DNA of 64,000 nt, taken from Yuukianura sp. NJ FZ-2021. Lineage: Eukaryota. Shown piece by piece: positions 38,401 to 49,235 of this stretch. The DNA lies in assembly GCA_046563655.1 (NCBI GenBank), contig CM102288.1, forward strand, positions 2,604,001 through 2,668,000, in the 5' to 3' direction. Each line of letters begins with the position of its first letter. Position 1 is the stretch's first letter. The position numbers and the translations under genes are program-made. Under the pieces are notes generated by a model, which searched no databases, was not told the DNA's origin, and worked only from the letters and a program-made list of their open reading frames with translations.

Positions 38401-40324
38401 ATGGAAGTAGAAGTCATGTATTTCTTAAATTTTGGAGCTCTTGTGCTAGTTTTTCAAATTCTAGAATTTTCAGTCTCCGCAAGTTCATATATACAAACCA
38501 TTAGCAAAAATGAAGCCTTCATGGTAAATATGGACGATGAGTGTCACAGCGGAGTTCTAGCTTTTCCGACTGCACAGAAGCTCGATTGTGTCTGCCTCAA
38601 TGGAATGTAATTTCAAACGTTTGGATTTAAAAACATCTCTTAAAAAACAGTTTTGCTTTGATTTGGCTTAAATTTTGATTTCAGCTACTCGTTTCTGCAC
38701 TATCACAAGAATTGTTCATACGATACGACATGGATAACTCGAGCAGGACAAGATCATTGCCTCGAAATGGGAAAACTACAAAAAGTAACAACTAAATACG
38801 ATTTCTATGCACGATGGTTTCATTTTTGATTGAATACTTGTTAATTCTCTTAGTTTAACCGCATTGAACTCCTAATTTCAAATGCTGGAAACGAATCACT
38901 GACAATCGTAGACGGCAAGTTTCACTTCGTCAAAGGCCGATATAACCGAACTTTTGAAAATCCAGAAGTCCGTAAGGGTGATACGCTCGTCGTCACTGGA
39001 ACATGGTCACTCGTTACTGAAGAACAATCTACACTCTGCGTAAATGCCCTGCCCGACCACTACTGTATCTATCGCTACATTCCAAAATTTGCAACACTTC
39101 GACCTGGATGTCACGGACAAGGCAAACGACAACTGACGCCGTGGAAGTGTCTTCTTGCAAACCGCGCCGACAGTAAGCCGAAAAATTCGAAACTTTAAAG
39201 TTTCAAAAAAAGAAATTCCTTTTCAAAAACAACATTTTATTAACTTTTTCAGGTATGGCCAAAGGCTGTCCAGGAATCAAACGTCATATGGTGGCTAAAC
39301 GCGAAATAACACCGGACGCTCCAAGTTTTATGCCAGCTCTGTACTCAATGGCTCCTCCATTCAACGATACTCCACCGACTGAGCGTGACGAAGACTACGG
39401 TTTGCAAGGTGCCAAGGGCTCAGAGCTAATCAAAAACGAAATCTGGAACTACTTGACCCAGGAAACTGCAAATATTTTGGCAGACAAGAAACTTGCGACC
39501 GAAACAGTCTATGTTACTCCGGCTTTTGATGTACTCCAACTTAGTAAAAAGATTATGGCCAAAAGTTGTCCCCAATTTTATGTCAACTCGAGCCACTGGG
39601 ACATGGCCGTCACCAGTTTCATTGCAATTCAACAAAAGGCGTTCAAATTCCGTGAAAGTCTGATTGACCTGGTGGAGTACAAAAGAATCAAGGACACTTT
39701 GCAGCGCTGTTTGGCCAATATCACTGAAATTCCGTTTATTCCGCCAAATGAAACTTGTATCGATGGTGAAACCGTTTTGGTAAGCTTTTCAGAACTGAAA
39801 TTTGAAAATTTCCAAATTCTAGACTTTTTTGAAAAATGATAGACACTGGAAGAGGGAATGTACTACGCACATGGTGAAGTTCAAACGATGAATATCATAA
39901 TTGATCAAATGTCGACTCAGAACGAACCGTTTATCGAAACTGTTTGGAAAATTTTCGTCCATGTACATTCCCTATGTTTCGAATATTTCAAAAGCAGTCG
40001 GATCAACGACCATCATCGGTTTACCGAACTCCTCATGCAGTTGTTCACCAATGACGTTTGGGATATATGGTAACTTTTGTTCAAAATTTTCAAATTTTTA
40101 GAAAAAAAACGCATTTAACTTCGAAACAAAATTTTGTACTGCTTAATAGGATGAAAGATGGTGACGGCAAGAACTACGAGTTGAAAAAAGACGTCTACGC
40201 AGGACTACTTGGTGACGCTGTTAACTTGATGTCTCGCGTCGACTACTGCGCATGGTTCCCACGGTTTGAAGCCAACTACCCATGGGATTTGATTCGACCC
40301 AAGCAGAAAGCATCGCAAACGTAA
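38401..40324 (+). CDS. Uncharacterised secreted Cys-rich protein A (paralogue of 45788-48843)
   Basis: Signal-peptide-like MYFLNFGALVLVFQILEFSVSA (ATG at 38401 or 38416). Six phase-compatible exons: ~38401-38606, 38684-38784, 38854-39172, 39253-39779, 39843-40069, 40150-40324. No recognisable domain. Confidence 0.75.
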
Positions 40325-40643
40325 CAAAAAATTTCAACTTTTTCCGTTTTGTGTCAATTTTTCAATTTGTATTCCCGACGAGCTGCAATTATCTTTTAGT
40401 ATTAACATTTGATCTCAGTTTTAAACAGTATTTTTCTAAACAGGCGCAGAAAACGTTCTATTTTTGGAAATGGCGAAGGAACTTGTGCTTCAGCAATTGG
40501 TGACTTCAAGTGCGATTGATTTACTTGTGATTAATAATTACTCTATAAAAATAATTAAATTAAACTTCACTCTAAATAAAACGAGGAGAAAGTTGCAAAC
40601 TTCTCCAAATTGGTTTGTGTTTTTGACGTACTTTAGTTATGCG

Positions 40644-42678
40644 TCACATGCGGTTAACCATTTCAAATGTGCTGTGTCCATTGGATGAGCCATTGGGCGC
40701 TGCGGCCTTGCCAGCCTGTTCAAGGGCAAGCGTCGACGCTGAAGTTTTGAGTTGTTCGACATATTCATAGCATGATACCCCCAATTCCCCCTGATCCAAG
40801 CCTCCTCGTTCGACGTCTATTTCAGCCCGAAGACTCAAGCCAGGAATTTTGTTCATGAGGAACAGAAGAACCAGAGTGACTACAAATGACCAAGCAAGGC
40901 CAGCAGCGCTGTCAGCGATTTGAATTGGAACTTGCATCCAGTGACTGTCGAGCCAACCTCCAGCGATTTCTTGGCCATCCAAAATAGCTATGCTTTTTTG
41001 AGCAAAGACGCCTGTCAAAATGTTTCCCACGATTCCCCCAACCTGAAATAAAATGATTTATAGTTTGTATCCAGTTGTTTTTGGGTTCCGAATTCCGATC
41101 CGATGCGGAATACAAGTTTTCAAGCGATTTTTGTTTAAATTTAACACTTAGCATAGTTTGGAGTAATGTTGTCACATTCTCTTATTACCCCATGGACAGC
41201 AAAAACGTCCAAAGCGTCGTCGAAATGCAGAAGCCCCTTTAGTTTCATTGCCAAGTTGCAACAGCAGGCCCCTACGACGCCGAAAACAACTGAAGATGCT
41301 GGTGACACGAATCCAGACGCAGGCGTAATAGTAACCAATCCTGAAACGGGAGGTCAAAGTTCAAAATTTAAAGCAATAACACACAGGAGTTACTGTGGTG
41401 TGGCTTACCTGCTACGACACCGCAACAAAACGCCAAAGGTGAAAACTTCTTCTCATGTCTGTAGTCCAGCAGAACCCAAACAATTCCACCGACGCAAGCA
41501 GCCAAGTTGGTTACTACACAAGCAAAAATGGCTCTCGGAGAAGCAGCTAGAGCCGAACCGCCGTTGAAACCGAACCAACCGAACCAAATCATCGTAGTTC
41601 CCAACACAACATTGGACATGTTGTGTGGTTTCGACTCGCCTTTGCCATTTTCATCGGTACTGTCCGCATCGTCGTCACGGTGGCCAAGAATGATAGCATA
41701 AGCTGAAATTCAAAAGATTCAATTTGGTTGGCACAAATTTTGTAGAAATTTTTCAAAATTTCAAAAATAGATTGGTTTAAATACCCAAAGCGGCAGCTCC
41801 GCTTGAGATGTGGACTGGAGTGCCTCCAGCATAGTCCAGTCCACCCATCCGATTGCTCCACCCACTATTTAAAACAACCAATCACAGAATTTGTTTCGTC
41901 AATGTTAATTTGCCAGTTGATTAGCTTGCTAACCTGGGATTCCATGTCCAACAAGCGATGAAATCGTACACAAGTGTCGTCCACAGAAAAATGAAAACGA
42001 TTGTCGGAAGAAATCGGCCACGTTCGGCAGCAGCTCCGATTGCCAGTGCTGGCGTAATTGCAGCAAACATTGCTTGGTAAATGCAAAACAAAATGTCGGG
42101 GATTTTGTCGGAACCGATTGCGGGGTCAATTGAAACTCCCGTAAGAAAAGCATGATCAAAATTTCCAATGATCAGGTTTGCCGAACGACTGAATGTCAAC
42201 GAGTAGCCAAAGAGGAACCACTTGAAATCCAAAAACATTTGAAAAGTATTTCAAAATTTCGAATTTTCAAAAAAACTGAAAAATTTTTCCAACATTTACC
42301 TGAATGAATACAATGGCAACTGACCAACAACTGAGCATGATGAGGGAGAGAGCGTGTTTAGTTTTGGCCATTCCACTGAAAATGAAAACAACAACAAAGT
42401 TAATTAGCCGTTGTCACTTTTGATCTGTTTCATGTCACGCATGACCTCCTGTGACCTTACCTGTAAAAATATCCAACTCCAGGAATCATTAGGAAGACAA
42501 ATGCTGTTGACACTAGAACCCAACCAACATGTCCAGCATCGTAGTTGAAAGGCGGGGCTGTTGGTGACACTACAGTCAAATTTTGTTGTTCAAAAGAGAT
42601 TTCCTTTGAACCAGGCGTTGTTGTCACTCTCAGGTCACTCACGTTGGTCGCTGCCAGTGCCAGGTCACTGATGTTCAT
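40644..42678 (-). CDS. amt: Ammonium transporter, MEP/AmtB (Amt2) type, 7 exons
   Basis: FLMIPGVGYFYSG; FCIYQAMFAAITPALAIGAAAERGR; FLWTTLVYDFIACWTW; GLDYAGGTPVHISSG (His1); WFGWFGFNGGSAL; GLVTITPASG; FDDALDVFAVHGVGG (His2); C-terminal GLDQGELGVSCYEYVE. Confidence 0.95.
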
Positions 42679-44569
42679 GATCTCGTTTTTCAAAATGTCA
42701 ATTTCTCTTAAAATTCACAAAACTTTCGAACTAGAAAGCACTTTGCGTACGTTGATTTGAAAAACTGCACAGAGGCTTTTGCAGAAAACCTGTCCCAACT
42801 TTGTTGTTTCTTTTGCAAGTTTTAACGCAGGAAGTGTCTTGAACGTGATTGTTGACGTGATTGCTGAGCGTGTCGCGTGATTTTAGCAATCAAGATGCGA
42901 AGACAGGCAGAAAACAATTATGAATGACTCTCACAATCAGTAAAAAGTCTCACAAATCTTCTTTTGTAGATTAACTCAATTTTTTCCATTTGCTAAAATA
43001 GGACTTTTGTCTCTTACTCCTACTAGATGACTTTTATCCTTGTGTGAGCGTTAGTGTTGTGTAATTGATCTGAATTTTGTGTTGCAATTCCTATTTGTTA
43101 TGCATCTTTTCTAAAGACTAGCCTTCACAAAAGTAACCAACCTTGACAAGACTTGAGGTAGGAAGCAACGTAAAAATAAACACGATTCAATTTTTCCTAA
43201 AAACGTTACAGACTTCACTTACAACAGGATGTTCCAGAGGAAAAAATAAACGTGAATTGCATTGAAATTAGTTTTTAAGTTAGTTTATATGTGAACAGAA
43301 AATCCAGCCAATATAGGAAATAGAGTCCGTCGTTAGGCTGGTTTTTATCACTTTCCAATTGTTTTTCGATAGAAGCCTAATTTCTGTAATTAACTTTTCA
43401 CGTGCATTGAAGACTAAGTTAGACAGGTTAGGAAGGAACAAATGAATTCAGCAGGATCTCTACTATAATGACTCTGCGTGATGTTGAAATTTGAAACTGA
43501 AATTGTTCAGATGAAATTGCAACACTTTTAGTAATAGAGAGATCTTCAAAACCAATTTTACAATTTAGTTTTTAGTAAATTTTGCAATGGAAAAGGAACA
43601 AAGGAGACCGTCATGCAAATTCAAAGGACAAAAGATTTTGGCCAGAACAAAAGATTTTTGTTGCGACTAATGCTTGTTTCAATGCAACATTTTAAAGCAA
43701 GGTTACTAAAATAGACGCGCTGTAAAAAACTGGAACTACAAACTAGAAGGTATAATTTGACTCATCATTTTGGCACTTATAGAATTGATAAGTTGATTAT
43801 TGGTGAGAGGATTACTGAGATTTTGTAAGAGATTTGAAAGTTAAAGAAATTTTTAACATTGTGTTCCAATTTGTCACGTCATTTAGCATTTAATTTAGCA
43901 TTTTAGTAGGCGAAAACTTAAACGTATAAAAAAAAACAGCAGACAAAAACATTTTTTTGTCTAAATTTTTGTTATATTTTCCCGCCGTATAAAAAATGGT
44001 TTCTTTCAGCTAAACCAGTTTTTCCGGAAAAAATAATTAAAATTTTTTATTTGGCGGCGAATTGTAGCTACAAAAAATCAAAGTTTTTTTAAAAGTTTTT
44101 ATTGCAATGCTGTTTTGCAATATATCAGTACAAGTTAATACTTTTTAGCGTTATTGTTGATGGAAGTGAGAAATAGTTGTTTTGAGTTCCGTTTTCTAAT
44201 TATACGTTCTATCCTTCCATCTTTAGCCGTTAAATAAACACCATTCACAATTAGGTGACTCAGGTAAATTTACGTGGAAATTTGGACTTAAAATGTACAC
44301 AGAAAATCCTGGAGCATTAAATTAGCATTGTCGCAATCGCTAACCTTCTCAAATTGCAAATTGAAGTTACATGCAGACATAGAATGTTCTAGCTGCAGTG
44401 GAAATACCCTTGCTTCTTGAACTGTTTTAGCTAATTATGAACAATTCAGCTGAAATGTTAAGTCTAATTGTTCAATTTTTAACTTGGGTTTAAAAGCAAC
44501 TGCGAAATTAAGTTTATTTCAGTTCACAATTTTCTGTAGACTGCAAATACATTATTTGAAAGAATCAGA

Positions 44570-45378
44570 ATGAATTCAGCAGCATTTGTTTTGTTGGTTT
44601 TTGGAGCTACTGTAGCGTATGCTGGCATTTTGGACAATCACGCCGTTTACAAAATTTCGAACAAAGCGGATGGAGGGGTAAGGACGAAAAAAGATTTACA
44701 TCTGCGTCTTTCATCAGCAGGAAATTTCAAAATTTTGAGAAAAACTGAAAAAGCTATTCAAATTTTTAGGTTTTGTCACTGAAGGACATCGACAGTTCCA
44801 CCGTGTACTTGTACTCAGATCGGGATGCTGCTACTCAGAAATGGCGTGCAAAGAAACCAAGTAAGAGATTAATATAATTTTCGGTTAATCTATTTCATTT
44901 CGAAATTTTGATTTTGGAAACCTGTTTTTTAATTTGTTTTTCTATTTTTTAGCTCTCATGCGTTCAGAATGGGAACTGAAGCCAACGTCCGGTGAAAGCA
45001 ATGACTTGGCCTTTGATTCATCGGCTGGCAAAGTCCAAGCTTTGGTATGCAATGAAAAACATTGTTTTTTGGCCACGTTTCAGGAAATTTGAAACGTGAT
45101 TTCGAAATTGTTGAAAACTTTAGCCAACAAGTGGAGATTCCAAGTACTGGCACATTAGTTCCTACGGGGAAGGAGCCTTCCAGGTCAAGCACTACGCTAC
45201 AAGCTTGTGCCTTACCAGTCAAGGGTAACTGTTTCTCTAAATTATTGAAATTGAAAATATATTAATTATTTCACATTTTACTTTTAATTTTCTTTTATTT
45301 TTTAGATTGAATCATAAAGTTACTCTTCTCGCTTGTACCGACTCTGTGCAGCAACAGTGGCGATTCAAGGAACTCTAA
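44570..45378 (+). CDS. Small secreted ricin-B/beta-trefoil lectin-like protein
   Basis: Exons 44570-44677, 44770-44860, 44953-45044, 45124-45224, 45306-45378. Signal peptide MNSAAFVLLVFGATVAYA. Three subdomains end in QxW-like motifs (ATQKW, SKYW, VQQQW). SLCLT...VTLLAC forms a Cys pair in the third repeat. Confidence 0.75.
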
Positions 45379-45787
45379 ATAGTAACTATGACCTTTGACC
45401 TTCAAGCATTTATTTCCAATCAGAAATTCTTTGCGAAAAACACGCTTCAAATGAATAAAGTCCATGTGGAAAATGAATTAAGTAATGGCTACTGAAAATT
45501 GGAAAAAAAAACTTATAAAATTGCTCCATTTTTTTCTGAAAATCAAATTTCGAAATTCCATACTTCGAGCTGGATCCTTTTTGCTTCACAATGTCCTTAG
45601 TATTTTAGATTCTTTTGTTTCGTTTTAAAACAATGAGCTCGAAAGTTTATAATTGAACAAAACTTCTTGGACTTTTTAAAACAATGTGAAAGTTTTTTAA
45701 CAACAAAATGTTACTTTCGTTTTTTCCCCCCAACCACTTTGTCTTCTGAGCATTTTCGGCTTCATTTGAACGCCAACGTTTTCTAGA

Positions 45788-48700
45788 ATGGGGAGACTAA
45801 AATTTCTGGAAATTTCTTTGGTCACTTTTGTTATGGCTACTTCCGCCAAGACCGCGAATAGAGACAATATCTGGAGTTCATTCAATGGACCATCAATGTC
45901 TCCATTGACATCTGAATACGTAATCAAAGACCGGAAACAAACGAAAAACCACTCGTCAATTGAAGTATTTGACCGATCAGGAATGGAGTTTTGTGACGGG
46001 CCAACCAGTTTTACTGCCAGTAGAACTGAATGCAAGTATGGCTACCTCTTCGGACCAAGGATTCCGCAGTGTTTGTGCTTCAGGGGCTTGTAAGTTCCAA
46101 TTTTCAAAAATCTGATATAACAAAACTCCCGATTTTGAAAAATGAAGCTTAATGCAAGTACTGATATTAGAAAACGAATTTTGTTGCAGATACCGAATGA
46201 TTCTTGACGATTGTTTCGAAAGCGACGGTCTTGCTGAAAGTCAAATTTGTACAAAACCGTTTGACACGCAACGCGAATCCGGTGCAAAAATTTACACGGT
46301 TCAAATTACGCAAGAAATAAACTGGGACCATACGCACGTCGTTTGTGAAAAGGAAGAGCGCGCAGGCGTCAAAATTTGGTCAGCAACAGCACTCCACGGA
46401 AACGTCAAAACTGTCAGCGTAACGCTTCCGGCCGAAGAACCTGATTTTTATGTCATCAACGGCGTAGCATACATGGTTGACGTTGCAGCAAATCGACAAG
46501 CGATCTGCGTTGAACAGAACTACGTCAGCTCCTTTAAACAAGACAAGATTTGTCGATACTTTCGAAACGACAATGACGCATGGCGGACAGAGAAGGCCGT
46601 AGAAATTACAATTCGATATGACAAGTGCCCACCAAATTCAAAACAAATGATTCCATCCGAATGCTTTCCGTCACAACGGGAAGGATCATGTAAGTACAAC
46701 AGCGACCGTGCAAAACAAATTTTGAAACTTTTTAAACTAAAAGGAACAAAATTCGAGCAAAATTGGATACGCTTCCATCAACAAAAAATCCATCGACTCA
46801 AGAGATTTAAAAAAAATCGGTCGAAAACTTCATGTTCGATTATGCACTTTTTTAAAGCTTAAAAATACTTGAGGTTGTTCTGAATTTATTGGCGAAGAGA
46901 TTAGCTTTCTAACGCATTTCGTTCAAAAGATATGAGTTTTTAAAGTTTTTGAATTTTAAAATTTTTTGAGAAAGATTTATATGGGGAAGCTAAAGGTTCT
47001 GCTTTGGAAACTGTCCGGAGCTATGCGGGGATCGTACGGTCCAGAAAGGCTCCTCGCCTTTCTCAACTTTTTTTCCACTGGCGGCATTCCCATACAAAAG
47101 GCAGGTAGAGGACGATTTCCTATCTACCTCTTTGCTTCGTATAATACCCTATCTCAAACCTCGAAAAATTCCCAGTGCACTTTCTGAATCTTTTCCCTTG
47201 CAAAACACACACCAGCTGACGCAGCATTCTGTCAACTTGTCGCAAGTGCTTCAAACGCTGCAAACCAACGCAAACCAAACAGCATCGCAAGCAAATATTT
47301 ATTAGCGTCTTCTAAACGTTTTCTAAACGATTTTTTTATTCTGTTCTAGAAACTTTGTGCATGATTTTAGTTCTTTATCGGCTTACGCCGTAACAACTTT
47401 GTGTCGCAGCATAACTGATACGTCTATTTCTAAATTTTCAGCGGAATGCGAGCTGCCTTGTGGCAAACGAGACGTTTCGAAGCCTCCAGTACCGAATACC
47501 GCTGGAACGACGGCCTCTGACGCAGTTGGACTGACAAGCCGTGCAAAGTTAACGGATCCATCGAATGCGAATCTCATGGCACCGTTACCCTTTGACGACA
47601 ACTCCTTATCATCCGATGCTCCATCAGATATCCGCTTCGACAACTTGTTCCTGGATAGGAAAATGCTTCAGTATCTCGTCGTATCCAACTTGCGTGATAT
47701 TCCACCTCTTCCGCCGCTTCAACCTAACCGAACTTTTGAACTCTTTGATCGTCTTGCAACGATTACGAAAAGCTTTTGCCCTGAAGTCTACGTTCATCCT
47801 ACATTTATTGACTCTGTCCTGGAACTTTTCAAGCTCATTCACGTCGGCGGAAGTCGTGGAAATCTGACGTATCCTGAAACGATTAACGAAGCGGACTTCA
47901 ACTGGACACGAGACATTCTGGACAAGTGTATCGGTACGGCCATTGCCAAACCAATCACCCTAACCCCACAACCAATCGATGAGGGTCCTGATCCTCAGGA
48001 TCCTCCGGAAGGTGACGACCCCAAAAAGCCGAAGCCGAACGTCACTGAGCCCTGCGGAGACGACAATGGCAAGGTAACGTCAAGGTCATTTTGCTGACAC
48101 AAGCTTATTAAACGACATATTCATTGTATTATGACAATGTTTTGTTAATGTAGCTCTGGGGCTACTGTCCCGAGGGCAAGTGTGACATTCTGCATGCCAA
48201 GGAAGTGAAACCGCACAAATCCAAGACCGAAGGAATTCTCAAGGAAAAGCACTACGTTCCAGAATTGGCCTGGAACATACTGGACATTACGCAGGCAATT
48301 TGCTTCGTGGACTTCAATTCCTCGTACAGAATGTTCCACATTGTTCAGCAAGCGGTCGAGCATCTTTTTACTGACCAAATTCGAAATCTATGGTAAACAA
48401 AAGAACAAAAAATGTCAGAACTTCATAATTTTTAAAAACTTCTTTGTATTCAAGGAATTACCCACCTTATAACGACCCAGCGTCAAAGGTCAAGGCACAA
48501 CTTCTAGGCGTAGACGCAGATGAGCAAATGTACAATTTGGAAATATGTACTGCCAGTGTCTACGACCTTGTGAAAACCGGACACTTGAGGAAGTATGGAG
48601 ACAAAGCCACGACTCTGGTCAGGCTCAAACGACCAGATACAGAAATAACGTCTCTAAAACGAAAAAAGTAGGTTTTTTTTTTAAATACAATAACTATTCT

Positions 48701-48843
48701 AAAAAAAGTTCAAAAACGAATTTCTTACCTTTGCTTTTAGACGAGCTGCCAAAACGAAGTCAATTTCCGCAGGCGTCGATGCCTACTGCTTAATGAAGAG
48801 CAAAGATTGGAAGTACCCTGAATCTTGTTTTGGCAGAGATTAA
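45788..48843 (+). CDS. Uncharacterised secreted Cys-rich protein B (paralogue of 38401-40324)
   Basis: Signal-peptide-like MGRLKFLEISLVTFVMATSA. Exons ~45788-46089, 46190-46689, 47442-48073, 48154-48392, 48455-48667, 48741-48843 (ends ...KYPESCFGRD*). Confidence 0.75.
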
Positions 48844-49235
48844 CAAATTAGTTATGAAATTCAAACTAATTAACAAAATTACGAACGAAACTAATTACAT
48901 CTCGTGTTACATTTCAATCAAGTAAAATTCTAATCGGTTCCTTTCAGCACTTTTTGTTTGAAAAACATGTTTGGGTTGCCTGTTGATTACAAACTTTTTT
49001 CCATTTTATTGAAAAGATTGTGAAAACTGAATTCCCGGAAGAAGGTCTGGAGCTGCCATTTTGGAAGTTTAAGTTAAACTTTTAAGAATTAATTTGAGAA
49101 ATCTTGAATTTAGCAGCCGATTAGTTTCAGTACAACTTTTAAGTCAAATCGTTTGAAGTTAGTAGGAAAACTTGGATATTTTCTGTACTTTTTTTTTGTA
49201 ACTTGTTATAAAATTGGATGTTGAGCAAAATGTGG

